The translations under genes were made by a program, and so were the position numbers. From Cyanophora paradoxa CCMP329 (taxonomy: Eukaryota; Plantae; Glaucophyta): a DNA stretch of 64,000 bases. Below, one piece after another: positions 46,501 to 58,700 of the stretch. Below the pieces are notes generated by a model. It was given only the letters and a program-made list of their open reading frames with translations. It was not told the origin of the DNA and made no database searches. Numbering within the stretch: position 1 is the stretch's first letter; each line of letters opens with the position of its first letter. The stretch spans positions 6,456 through 70,455 of the forward strand of contig QPMI01000567.1 in the NCBI GenBank assembly GCA_004431415.1. The letters are read 5' to 3'.

Positions 46501-46533
46501 TTATTATTATTATTATTATTATTATTATATTAT
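46501..46533. repeat. (TTA)n microsatellite
   Basis: Direct reading. Confidence 0.95.
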
Positions 46534-47178
46534 AAACCGATCAGTGGAGTCCGTGAGCTCCCAGGCGGGCCAAGCGGCCTCCGCCCGGGCGACCTCGACG
46601 ACCTAGCTCGCCCTCCCGGTGCGCCCCCCCCCCGCGGCGGCGGCGCGGCCCGCCCCCGCGCGTAACAGTCCGGCGCCCGGGGAAAAAAGCGCGGCGGGCG
46701 GGATGCAGGGGCACCGTGGAGCATGATGCGAGTCCTGCCGCCGTCGCGGCGCGGCGACTCCCAGATGTCGCCGACCATCTTCTCGAGCACGTCCTTGCGC
46801 TCGGGGCCGGAGGAGACGACGTGGTGGTCGACGAACCGCTTGTTCTGGGGCGGCTTGCGCTTCTCCTGCAGCTGCGTCACCTCCAGCCCCGTCGCTTCCG
46901 CCCACGCCTGGAACTGCTCCAGAGTCACGTTCGGAATCTGCGCGACCTGCGGACGCACGTCAGCGGGCGCAGCGCGCGCGGGCGTGACGAGGCGAGCGGA
47001 CCTGGAGACCGCTCATCGCGTTCACGCGGACGACCCGGTTGCGCAGCAGCTTCGCCATGCACTCCGAGAGGCGGACGTCGCTCGGTGTCGGATGAGAGGA
47101 TTCCCACCCGGTGCAGCGTCCGTGCGGTCACGCACGGGCTGGGGCTGTAGCTGGGAGCACAAGTGGTCTATTCACAAG

Positions 47179-47836
47179 TGTACCCGTCCAGGGATCGCGT
47201 ACCCCCAAACGGAGTCGCGCCCGGCGCTAAGTCAGAATACAGAGAGTGCTAGAGCTAGCTGCTCGATAGCACTAGACTAGGGCTAGCGGCTACGCATAGA
47301 CTGCCGGCTAGCCTAATCCGAGGGAATCGCGGCACGCGACAACTCCTCACTCTGCATACGGTGCGTCCTCGCACCGGACCGCGCCAAGCCGAACGTCGAG
47401 TCTGCATGCTCGACGGGGCGTCCACCCCACCGCCGGGGTGTGCACCAACCACGGCAGCGACAGGGCGGCGGCGAGTGAACTCCTCTCGAAGTAGAATGTC
47501 CGTCGTCAGCAACCAGATATGCCAGGTAGCATAGCTCGCGACCGAAATAGGAGCCGATACCAGCATAGTGCATGTACCTAGGCAACCCCAGGCCAAGCTC
47601 GAAAGATGGAAAAGCATAGAACTCGAAACCCCCAAAAGCTGGCCCAAACTCGCTCCAACGGCGAGAGCCGAAGGAGAGTGGCACGGATGGGAAGTTTCAC
47701 CGCCTCGGGAAGAAACCAGCGAGGAGGTATCCGGGCCGCCCATCAGGCCCAACGAAAGGATAGGGCACGACTGAGTGCACCCCCAGCCAGCAACCTCGAG
47801 CCCCTCACGGACCCGCAGGCACCCGGGAGGCCTACA
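47179..47836 (-). repeat. Candidate 3' LTR (~660 bp)
   Basis: TGTA...TACA ends with an imperfect terminal IR (TGTAcccgTCCaGGG vs TGTAggccTCCcGGG); adjacent purine-rich tract; ~200 bp past the integrase stop. No partner LTR available to confirm. Confidence 0.6.
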
Positions 47837-47852
47837 CCCAGCCACTCTCCAC
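47837..47852 (-). promoter_or_regulatory. Candidate polypurine tract
   Basis: Minus-strand TGGAGAGTGGCTGGG lies immediately 5' of TGTA. Confidence 0.5.
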
Positions 47853-48030
47853 GAGCGACGGGCCCAGATCCCAGAAAATGGAACGAAAGGCCCAGATGGC
47901 GCCCCGTGATTGGCCACCAGCCAACCCACGTCCCACCTCGGAAGCCAGGGCTGAGGCAAAGCGGGCAAAGAAATCTGCCCCACGGCGCAAGCACAGCGAT
48001 CGCAAAGGGAACAGCAATGGGACGAGCTTC

Positions 48031-49691
48031 TCACAGGTCGTCGACCAAAATCGCGTCATCCATCCCAACCTCGTCGCCCTCGGCAGCCCGCTCGGGGCCC
48101 TCGGCGTCGACGTCAGGGGCGAGAGGTGGATTTTGTTCTTGAGCGGGCGAGTCCGCGAGTGCGGGGTCGATCGCCGGCTCGTCGGCGTTCACAGCAGTCT
48201 TCCGAGGCCGACCAACGCGGGGACGGGCTTGAGACTCGGAGAGACGCGTGCGGAACGGAAGCATGCAGTCGATGTGGGCAACAGTCTCACGCAGAGGACG
48301 GGTACGGGCATCGTCCTTGGCGGAGTAGGGCTTAGCCGACCCCTTGACCGTGTAGGTGTAACCGCCAGGGTTAACACCAGTCACAGTGTAGGGCCCGACC
48401 CACGAATTGTACAGCCCTTTGTTGTGTTCGCCCATCCAGCACAATACCTTGTCGCCAACCTCAAAGCGGCGACGATGAGGCGGGTTGCCGGTGCGAGCAA
48501 CCATGCGGTTCCGATAGAACCGACGGTACTCGCGCGAGGCAGCGTCGGCGCTCGCGGCAGCTCGCGTCATCGCGAGAAGGTAATCAGCCGGGTGCGTGTG
48601 GTCGGGGTTCACGAAGCGGACGCCGGCTCCGAAGCGCACTTCGCAGGGCAGGTGCACTTCAGAACCGCGGTGCAAGACCATCGGGAGAACCCGGTGGCGG
48701 AGTGCACGGTGGTCCGCAACGCGAGAACGATATCGGCGTTGTAAAGAGGCCAGTCAGAGAGCGGCCGCTTGTGCTCACGGCACATGGCGTAAGCGAGAGT
48801 CTTGTAGACTCCGCCCAGGCGCTCGGCGCCGCCGTTCGAGGCGTGGTGGTAGGCGGCCGCGTGCACGAACCGGGTACCCTTCTCCTTGAAGAACGCGTTC
48901 CACGCGCCCCCAACGAGTTGGGACCCGCGGTCCGTCAGGATGCGCGCGGGCACGCCCTCGTGCGTATAGAAGTCGATCGCGGTGGCGAGCAAGGCCTCGC
49001 CGGAGATACGGGAGAGCGGGTAGATATAGCAGAACTTGGTGTATGCGTCGACGTACGCGATGATGTATCGCGAACCGTCTTCGTGCATATCCAAGTGGAA
49101 GATATCCACCTGCCACAGGTCTCCCTTGCCCGAAGGCTGTATCACCTGAATGGCGGTACGGCGGGGCTTCGCGGCCTTCGCGAACTGACAGTGCGGGCAC
49201 GACCGCACAAAGCGAGCGATGGAGGCGTACATGCCAGGCCACCAGAACCGCAGGGCGATCCGACGGGCTATCACGGGCGCGCCTCGATGGGCCCAGCCCT
49301 CGTGATAGGCGTAGAGCACCCTGTCGATCCAAGCGTCCGGCAAGACGGGTAGGAACCGGCCGGCAGGGACCAAGGGGTTGCGCTCGATGACGCCGTCGTC
49401 GGCCAGGCTGAACTCGCCGGCCAGGCGTGCAAAGCGCTCCTTGGCCCGCAGGCAGTGAGCGCAGCTGGGCGAGCAGGGATCTGCGTCGCGCCTCGAGCCG
49501 CGGGTACAGACAGTTGGATTCTCGCCCTCTGCGTGGAAGGCGAGAAGCTTCTTGCAGAAGGAATCCTCCTTCTGAGCGGCGAGCAGACGCTTGCGCTTCT
49601 CGGGCGGGAACATACGGCGCAGCGCGTCGGGGAGCGCCCCATCGACGGCTGGCGAGGGTCCGCAGGCCCACGCGTCGAGGACGGTATCCAC
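48031..49691 (-). CDS. pol: Integrase (HHCC, DDE core, GPY/F C-terminus); one frameshift near 48685
   Basis: YHEGWAHRG...FWWPGM...CPHCQ; WQVDIFH; ILTDRGSQ; SNGGAER; FEVGDKVL...WVGPYTV. Confidence 0.95.
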
Positions 49692-50989
49692 GAAGACCGG
49701 CTTGCACGGCGGGCGAACGTCCCGGCCTCTAGGGTCGAGTTCTACCCACCGCTGCGGGGCAGCGGCCTCGGCGGCGACCGTCTCAGGCTCGAGCGGGGCG
49801 GCGTCGTCGGAAGCCTGCCCGCGGGCAGAGGGGCGACCTCGAGCCCGCGGCGCTGGCTTGGGGTCCGGGGGACCGGCCGAACGCGGATCTGGTGGCGAGC
49901 AGTCTCCGGGGAGAGCGAGCGTCGGCGCGGAGGCCCGGGAGGCGGCTCGCCCTCAGGGTCCTCCGGCTCCCACTCAATATGAATCGGCACCGGCCGATCC
50001 GAGGGGTCGACCGGGGAGCGCCAGTGGCGCGTGTTGTACTCATCTCGAGGCTGCCGCCTCAAGGCGGGGCCGCGAGGGAAGAGCGCGTCGGGATGCAGGG
50101 GCCGCGGCTCGGCAAATCCCTTGGCGCCCCACCGACGGGGCCCGGTTTCCGAGCGCTTCGGGACTCGCTCCGCAAGAGCGAGGGGAAGCCGTCAGCGTCG
50201 CAGGCGTCGGAGGGGACAGGCCCTTCCGGCAGCGACTCGTCATCGATCTCGCCCGAGGCCTCGGCCTCTGCGTGAGCGTCCTCTAGCAGCGCGGCCGGGG
50301 CGCCCAGGTCGCCCTCAGGGGCGTCGGGCATCTCCGCGTCCGAGGGAGCCTCGCGCTCCTCGACAGCGGGCGCCGGGCCCGGCTCTCGTCGTTTCGGGGG
50401 CGGCGAGACCGACTCTGGCGCGGGAGGCGCGAAGCGCTCTGGGGCGGCCCGCGCTCGCTTGCGCGTGGCGGCGTCAGTAGCCGAGGCGGAGGCCTTGGCC
50501 TCAGCGAACCCAGCCGACGCAGCAAGCTTGGCGAGCTCGCGGGGCAGGCGTCGCGGCGCGCGCTCTGGCGGCGGGGGCTCGGCGTCGGAATCGGTTTCCG
50601 CAGCACCGCCAGCCTCACCCTCAGGCTCGGGCGCGGGCGCTTCAGGGGCGCCGGCGTCGGGCTCGGCCTCAGGAGCACTGGCTGGCACAGGGGCCGCGAC
50701 TCCTCCTCTGCATAAGAGGAGCGGCCCGGCGGGGAAGAGGGGGCGCTCGCAGGCGCCGCCGGGGCGCTCGGCGTCTAGCGGCTCGGCCACCCTCGGCTGG
50801 GGCTTCCGCGCGGAAGCCGGCGGAGTTGGCGAGCTGGCGCAGGGCCCGCTCGGTCGGGCCCAGCTGCATCCTAAAGATGCCCAGCGGGACGTCGGGATCC
50901 TCAGGCTCAGCCCCTACAGCATGTTGCGGGATGCCGAAGCCTTCGGCGCCCTTGTAGGCCGCGGGCTTGGACGAGGAACCGTCTGCACC

Positions 50990-51480
50990 GCCTGGCTGCC
51001 AGACGGGGTGGTCCTTAGGGAGACGCGAGCACGCGTCGGGACCCCCGTTCTGCTTGCCAGGGCGGTAGACGATCTCAAAGTCGTAGGCCTGCAAGAGCAG
51101 GGACCAGCGACCGAGGCGGCCCGTCGTCGGGTCCAGCGTCTTCAGCCACTGGAGGCGTGGTGGTCGGTCCGCACCAGGAACTGGGGGCCGCCCAGCAGAT
51201 AGTGGCGCCAATACTTAATGGCCCAGACTACTGCGAGGCACTCCAGCTCCGTAGCGGAGTAGTTCATCTCGGCCGGCAGCAGCGTGCGGCTGATGAACGC
51301 GAGCGGCCGCTCGACGCCTTTGTCGTCGGCCTGGCTCAGAATTGCGCCGATAGCGTAGGTGCTGGCGTCCGTCTGGAGAATGAAGGGCTTCGAGAAGTCC
51401 GGGAACCGCAATATAATATCGCGGCCCAGGAGTTCTTTCAGCTCCTTAAAGGCGCGGTCGGCGGGCCGTCCTCTGGCCAA
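50990..51480 (-). CDS. pol: RNase H domain (frameshifted)
   Basis: FPDFSKPFILQTDASTYAIGAILSQ...NYSATELECLAVVWA...VRTDH; RLGRWSLLLQAYDFEIVYRPGKQN..PDACSR. Confidence 0.95.
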
Positions 51481-52330
51481 CTCCAGACGGCGTCCTTCAA
51501 TAGAAGGCGCTGCATGGCGTGCACCACTTTGGAGAAGTTCTCGACAAAGCGGCGGTAGTAGCCGGCGAGGCCGAGGAACGAGCGGAGCTCGTCCGCGTTC
51601 TTCGGCGTCTGCCAGTCCGTGATCACCTTGGTCTTCGCAGGGTCCTGGCGGATCCCTTCGGCGGAGATGCGGTGGCCGAGAAGGTCGATTTCAGGCACGC
51701 AGAAGCGGCACTTCGACGGCTTCAGGCGCAGGTTCGCCTTAGAGATCGTCTCGAAGAGCGCCTTCAAGTCTAGAAGGTGCTGATCGATGGACGGTGAGAA
51801 GACCGTGATATCGTCGATGTACGCGACGACGCAGGTGGTCAGCAAGGGGCCCAGGATCGCAGTGATCGCGCGGGAGAATGCCGCGGGCCCGTTCGTGACC
51901 CCAAACGGCGTAACCTTCCACTGAAAGTGACCCCAGGGACCACAAATGCAGTGTAGGCTCGGGAGCCGGGGTGCAGAGGCAGCTGCCAGAAGCCGGCAGT
52001 CGCGTCAGCAGTCGAGAAGACCATCGAGCCGCGGAGGCGCTCGAGCTGGTCGTCTATGCGGGGTAGGGGAAACACGTCCCGCTCGGTGATCTGATTCAGC
52101 CTCCGATAGTCGACACAGAAACGCCAAGTGCCGTCCTTTTTGGGGCCAGCACTACCGGCGAGCCATATGCCGCTTGGGAGGGCTCGATCAGCCCAAGCTC
52201 AAGGAGTTTCTGAATTTCCTTGCGGGCGTGTTCCTCGGCGTGCGGGTTCATACGCCGCGGAGGCGTGAACACCGGAAGGCGAGTCGTGAGTTTGATCACG
52301 TGCTCGTAATAGAGCAGGTTGCTGGTGCCC
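51481..52330 (-). CDS. pol: Reverse transcriptase domain (frameshifted)
   Basis: IEPSQAAYGSPVVL; FPLPRIDDQL; FSTADATAGFWQL; VAYIDDITVFS; KCRF; LLGHRIS; LRSFLGLAGYYRRFV. Confidence 0.95.
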
Positions 52331-53499
52331 TCTTTGGCCTCGACCTTGTCTGCGAAGACATCCTTGTAGCGCCGCAGGAGCGCGTGAAGTTCGGCTTTCT
52401 GCGCCGTCGTGATTGACGGGTGAGAGCCGAGCTCAGGAATCTTCTTCAGCAGCTCTTGCCACTCCTCCTCTGCATTAGGCACCGGCCGCGGTGCCTCAGC
52501 GGGCTTCGCGTCGGGTGCTGCAGTCGTAGGGGTGGGGCATCGGGCCGGGCCGAAAGCGAGGCTGTGACCACACTCTGGGGTGGGGCCTCGGCGTCGGCGA
52601 CCGGTGCGGCCTTGCGGACCGTAACGTCGCCGCGCATGGCGCGGACTGCATCGAGCAAGTCGCGCTCCGCTTTTTCGGAGAGACCGGGAAGGTCGAGCGC
52701 AGGGTGGCGTCTCTGGGGACGGACACTGCCTCGACTGCGGCGACGAACTCGTCGACCGAGGGCCTGTGATCGGGGCCGGCGTTGGGGACGCGCTTCGTGA
52801 CGACGTGCTCATAGCATCGTCGTCGAGGCTAATGATGCTCATAGCATCAAGGTCCTGCAACGGCCGGTCGGCTGTGTCGAAGGGCAGCTCGCCAAACGTG
52901 ACGACTATATCGTCGACGTCGTAGGCGGTGCGCGGGGTGGGTCGGCGGGCTCAGCAGGCGCTGCGCTAGACAGAGCGCGCTGCTTTTCCGCCTCATCTAC
53001 GACAGAACGTAGGGTGGAGATTATTTTCTCAACGTCTTTGGCGGGCTCATATGCCGCGCCAAGCATGCGTGCTTTTCTATTAAAGTGGCGGAGTCCAGTG
53101 CGGCGTTTGGCAGGCACGATTCGCAGCCGGCGAATCAAGAGGTCTGTCAATGCACTCGCACTACAAGGCATTTGCTCAGGTTCGTACTCAAAATCACCAG
53201 GCGGTAGGGCGACCGCCGAAGCGACCGCTACTACCGATCCTAGCGGCAGGGTTACCGGCTGCCGGCCAGGATTGCACAACCGCACGTGAAACATTTTGTC
53301 TCCCGGGTGATTATGCAGCTGGTAAGGGCAGAGTACGCCCAAGGCTTGCGGGGACTCCGGCGACGGCTCGACGTAGAGGTGCGGCAACTCACGCGTTGCC
53401 GGGCCCTGCCCATTGAGCGTGCATGGGACGAGGGCCTCTCCGACGGGGAGCTTTACTGGTCCCAGGACTCGGACCAGGATCCCAAGCTGGTCCGGAGCC

Positions 53500-53930
53500 G
53501 AAAAGGACGACGACTTCGCGGTGCAGGTGGTCACGGGCCCGGAGGCACCACCCGGACAGCGTCGTGTCGATCTGGCCGTGGACGGCCTGGATCGCGTCCA
53601 GGCCGAGCAGAATGTCCGGCTCAACGCCCATGGCGCCGCGCGGGACGACGAAGACGCGGCGGCAGAAGCGGAGCGAGCCCAGAACGAAGACTACGTCGGC
53701 GCGGCGACAACGAATTTTGTCCCGGTCCATGAAACCGCGGACTATCGTGTGGCCCTCGACGTAATTGACTTCGTCGGGCGGCAGGCGGTCGAGGACTTCC
53801 TGGGGAACTACAGTTCCCTGGGCGCCCGTGTCGACAACAATGCGAGCGGGCCGTTCAGCGCCGGAGCGGCCGTTCGGCAGGCGCATAGCAATGCTGCCGT
53901 GAATGTGCAGTGTCTTTGGCCGGAAGAATT
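53500..53930 (-). CDS. pol: Retropepsin-type aspartic protease
   Basis: IVVDTGAQGTVV catalytic motif and DILLGLDAI. Confidence 0.9.
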
Positions 53931-54290
53931 CCAGGGCCCGGTCGCGCGGGAAGCTAGGTCGGGCGCGGCGGACGTGGAATTCTGGTTCCGGCGGCGCGGG
54001 TGGACCCGACAGGTCCGTTGCGCTTGCGGTTGGGATGGGGCCGGGACTGGCGAGCCGCGGCTCGCTCGGCGACTCGGCGCTGCTCTGCCTGGTCGGCCAA
54101 CGGCGAGGGCTTGGTCCGCTTGCGCGGGCCCGGGCCGTGGCGGTTGGCGTAGAGCAACTCGTCGCTGGGCGGGTCATAGCCGGCGCGCGTTCCCAGCGGC
54201 GTCTCCTCTGCCGGGCGGGGCACGGCGAGGGACGGGCGGTTTTTGGAGCCCAGGGCGTGGCCCGCGGCATGAGAGCTTCCTCGTCGGAGG

Positions 54291-55724
54291 TCAGGCCTCG
54301 GGGTAAATGATCGCGGCGGCCTCGAGCGCGTTCTGCGGGGCGAACGCCGCTGTCGGCGCTGAACCCGAGAACCACGCGCGAGTCGGCCGTGGCGGGGCCT
54401 TGTAGCCCGTTTTGCGCATCGAGATGCCGTAGCGGTCCATGATCGCCTGATGCACCGCGCGTAAGGCGGGCTCCAGGGTCTTTGGATCGACCTGCAGCAT
54501 TTGCGCGGGTTCGACAGCCAGTTGAAGACCAGCACGGTCGAGCGCGGCCCGAGCTTGTGCAGCAGGCGGCGGGCCCAGGCCGGCGCAGGCTCGCGGCTCT
54601 TTGGTGGGGCCGGGCGGGCGGCGCGGCTGGCGCCGCGGCGCGACTGTTTGAGCGGGCGGCTCGTGGACGACCGTCTGGACGCGGCGGATCGAGATGTACT
54701 TCTCGTCCGCCGGCACCGGCACAGCGGCCCGGACCGACGCCGGCGTATGCAAGTGGGCGGGAAGGTCACAGGGCGCGCGGGCCTCGTGCCCGCGGGGTGA
54801 CGACGCTTCTGCGACGGTGTATACCGCGAAGAAGGGCTTTGGGTTGGCTTTTGCCGCGGCCTGCATTGCCACGCGAGCCTCGTGCTGGCGCTCGCGCTCA
54901 AGCAAGGCTCGCCAGTCTTTGGTGCGATCGAGCGTGGCCCGCAGAGCCTCGAGATCGGCACGGGGCCCGTCTGGGAGGAGCGAGATCATCATGCCCGTCT
55001 CCCCAGCGGAGAGGCTGATCTGCATATCGATGCCGGCCCGGAGGGCGCGGCAGACGTCTTCCAGGGCCCGCCGAGCGGCCTGCTTTGCCTGGGCGAAGGC
55101 TTCGTCTGAGACCTTCTGAGCGCCGCCGGGCTTGGCGCGCGTCTCGGCGTGGCTAGCGGCGGTGCGGATCTGGCGCTCGACTGTTTGAAGCCAAAGCCCC
55201 AATTCCGTGACCCCTTGGCCCCGGATCTTCACGTCGCGGCAGCTCGAGCACTCGCGCACAAACTGCAGGAGGCCCCCTGCTGGGACGTCAGCCTGGGGGT
55301 TGAAAGTCGTGGCGGCGGAGGCGCGCGGCGCGGCCACTGAGGCGCGCGGCTGCTCCGGCGTCGACTGGTCTGCGCGCGGCGGCTCGGCCTGGCTCGCACG
55401 CGATGACCGCTCCTGGGCCTGAGAGATGGAGGCGCGACCCTCCGCAGGCTTGGACGGCGCCGCCGACTGCGGACCGGCCTCGCTCTGCCCCTCAGGCCCC
55501 TCTAGAAAGGGCTGCTGGCGCTCGTTGCGTCCGCCCGTCGGCGGCTGCCCACCCGATGGTGGCGCGGCGGCGCGGGCCGAGGACGACGCGGACTGAGCGT
55601 CCATCTGGTTCTGGAGCTTGATCAGGACCAGCGCGGTGGCCTGCTCAGCTCGCGCGGACGCCGAGAGCGAGTCTGGCATCTCAGCGTACTGCGCCTTCCA
55701 GACCATGTCGAAGAGCTCGCGCAA
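54291..55724 (-). CDS. Possible gag capsid-like segment of the polyprotein
   Basis: Lies upstream of the protease; helical segment KIRGQGVTELGLWLQTVERQI weakly resembles gag F.G.....WL..E motifs. Confidence 0.4.
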   Translation of the reverse strand: MRELFDMVWKAQYAEMPDSLSASARAEQATALVLIKLQNQMDAQSASSSARAAAPPSGGQPPTGGRNERQQPFLEGPEGQSEAGPQSAAPSKPAEGRASISQAQERSSRASQAEPPRADQSTPEQPRASVAAPRASAATTFNPQADVPAGGLLQFVRECSSCRDVKIRGQGVTELGLWLQTVERQIRTAASHAETRAKPGGAQKVSDEAFAQAKQAARRALEDVCRALRAGIDMQISLSAGETGMMISLLPDGPRADLEALRATLDRTKDWRALLERERQHEARVAMQAAAKANPKPFFAVYTVAEASSPRGHEARAPCDLPAHLHTPASVRAAVPVPADEKYISIRRVQTVVHEPPAQTVAPRRQPRRPPGPTKEPRACAGLGPPPAAQARAALDRAGLQLAVEPAQMLQVDPKTLEPALRAVHQAIMDRYGISMRKTGYKAPPRPTRAWFSGSAPTAAFAPQNALEAAAIIYPEA

Positions 55725-58700
55725 TGTGGGCGGGCAGCCTCGCAGGCGGGCGTCGTTCTCGTGCCGCTTGTACGCAGCGTCTACGGCGCCGCGCGGCGGG
55801 TCCGGCGGGCGGCGAGAGGACTGGCTGCTGCGAGGGCTGCGGCGGTCTCGCGGCGAGGCGCGGTCGCGCGAGCCCTTCTTCGAGCTTTTGCGCCGCTTAT
55901 CGTCATGGCGGGGCTCCGGCTCGGGCTCCGATCGCGCGAGCGCGAGCGGGAGCTAGAGCGGGACGGTGTTCGGCTCCGGCGGCGTTCCCGCGAGCCTCGG
56001 CGAGGGCTCCGCCTGTCGCGAGTGTCGCGAGCCGTGGACCGTCGGCTCGGCGGGCTGCGGTCGCGGCGCGGCGGCGAGCGATCACGGCGGTCCGGGGAGC
56101 GGCGGCGGGAGGCCTCGCGGTCCCGGCGGTCCGGCGAAGGGCGTCGGAGCCTCGCGATCGCGGCGTTCCAACGAACGGCGGGACGGCGGCGGCGCCCGGG
56201 ATTGCCGGTGGGGCTCCGGGAGCGCTCGCGGCGCGTGGAGGGGCCCCGCGTCTCGCGCCTGTCTGGGGTGCGAGAGCGGCGACTGGACGGGGCTCGGCGC
56301 GGCTCGGGTGTGCGCGAGCGGCGCTGAGACGAGGCCCGCTCAGGGGTCCGGCGGGCCTGCGACGCGCGACTGGCCGTGTCGTCCCTGCGGCTCGAGCTTG
56401 CCTCGGCCTGGCGGCTCGAGCTGGGCGCGGCATCAAGGTCCGGGAGGGAGTCTCAGCCGGCGGGGCTTGGTCTGGCGGAGCGCTCTCGGCGATCCGCTCG
56501 ACCTTCACCTTCCCGTCCGAGACGGTTACGCGCATGGTCTTGGGGTCATACCCCTGCTGCCGCGCGAGGAACGCATCCAGCCCGAACGGGTCGTTCGGGT
56601 CGACAGCGGGTTGTGCGGGTTGCGCCTGGCCACCGCCGCGGTCGCCGCCACGGTCACGGTGGCCTCGGCCGTCGCGACCGCGGTGCCGGCCGCCCCGCTG
56701 GTGACCCTGCCCGCGGCCGCCTCGGCCAACGGCCTGGCCCGCGTTGCGCCGGGCCGCGCCTGCTGCGGCGCCGTCGGCGGCGCGGCGGTCTGCGCAGCGG
56801 CCTGCGCCGGCGCGGGCGCCGACGGGGTGGCGGATGGCGCCGCCTCGGCGGGGTCGTCCGCGAGCCCGCCGACGATGGTTGAGGGCGGCTGGAACCGCAC
56901 GCCCGCCCACGTCGCGCGGACCGCTCCTTCGTAGATCGGCTGGTACGGCGTGCGAACCAGAAGGCTTTCGGCCTCCTTATCGACAGCCGCCGTCGCAGTC
57001 AGGCTGCGCCGGGCCGAGGGCGCGGCGCCCTTGTTCTGGACCGCGTCCCACATCAGCGCCGGGCGCAGAGCCTCAACGTCCCAGTCGGGAGCACGGGTCG
57101 TCCGTCTCCCAGTCGATCGGGCGCGCGAGGCGGATCGCGACATTCAGATCGGCGTAGAGCGAACGGAGCATCGTCTCGAACTGAGGCCGCAGGGGTATAG
57201 CCTCATCGGTAAAGATGAGCCCCAGCGGGAAGTTCCCGGGACAGTTCTCCAGCTCCTCGGCGGCGCGGGCGGCCTCGAGGTGGCGCTGTATCCCACTCTT
57301 GCCCCGGCGCCAAGGTCATCGCCGGCGGGCCACGCGTCCTCGGCGCCGGCCATCGGGGGCGAGCCGAGCTCAAGACGCTGGTACCCGAGACCGTGCGGCA
57401 TGTTTGTGAGGTACGCGCGGATGCCGTCCGCCAGCGCGCGGGCATCCGAGTCGGCGCACTCATCCCTCGTCATAGTGCGCAAGAGGGCCCTGAAGACCTC
57501 GGCCACGTTCTGGGGCATGGCGGCGTTCAGGGCGCACAGTTGTCCACCCGCTGCGCGAGCAGCGGGATGCGGGGATACTGGAAGCCTGCAGCATCGCGAG
57601 CAGGATCCGCCCACAGATCGCCGCACGACCCTCGTGGTCCGGCACGACCGCATTGTTCGGGCCAAACTTCCACGCAAGCGTGGGATGACCGTCCGGTACG
57701 TCGGCCTCGCGTCCGCGTCGAAGACCTTCTTGCCCTGAGGCAAGACGTCGGACCCGCGGTCCGGCTTGGCCGTCGGCTTAGTCAGGAAGGCCTCGTGAAT
57801 GAACACCATCAGACCGTCCGGCACCACGCAGCGGAACGAGTTCAACACCTTGTTGAAGTCATCCATGTGATCGGCGACCGCCCGAGCGATCTCGGGGACG
57901 TAGTCAGCCGGGCGTTCCGACTCGACGTCCATGGCCGCAGCCGACAGAAAGTCATCAGCCCAGTGCTGGCTGCGGAGGTGCTTGCCCGGCGCGTGACGCT
58001 GGAAGAAGCGCGCGTGCCAGGCCAGCGTAAAACCGATGGCCGTCGCGAGGATTTCCTCTTCCGCCGGGATCGGCGCCCAAGGGCACGTCCCGGAGGTGAG
58101 TTCGGGAAAGGCGGCAGCTCGTAACCGAACGCGGTGACGAGCCGCGGGTTCGCGTGGCTCTTCTTGGGCTGGCTCGCAAGCTGGGCGACCGTCACTGCGA
58201 GCCACAGCTTCTTGTTCTCGCGCTGGTGCGGCGCGCCCCCTGCGACGTCCTTGTCGCAGGCAGCGTTCGGCGCGGGCGTGGCCGTGCCTGCCACGAGGCG
58301 GGGCGCGTAGATGCGCCGCGTCTGCAGGCGACCCTCAACGTTCTCGACGCGCTTGTCGGCGAGCGGGCGCAGCAGGGCCAGCACGGCGACGTCGCGCGCG
58401 AAGCGGGTCGCGAACGGCGTCCTGGCGTCCTCCTCGTTCGGGTCGGCGATGTTACCGCCCAAGACTGAGGTGTGCAGGGTGGGGCGCTCGGGGTGCGGCA
58501 TGTACGGCGGCGGGGCGTTCCGCGCGCCGCCGCCTTCGTGGAAGAAGGCGGTATACAGCACCCGCGAGACCTGGCCAGGGTCGAACACACGGGTGCGTGG
58601 GCTGTGCCCTCGTGCGTGAGATCCCAGGCGCCCGTGTACGTCGGGACGGCAGACTGTGCGGTACGGGTCCCGACCGCGAGGTACTGCACGATATCCAAGC

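Noticed and set aside
46530-47131. Minus-strand ORF (VTLEQFQAWAEATGLEV...) as a named gene
   Set aside because: It looks protein-like and may be a fragment cut by the LTR, but I recognise no motif.
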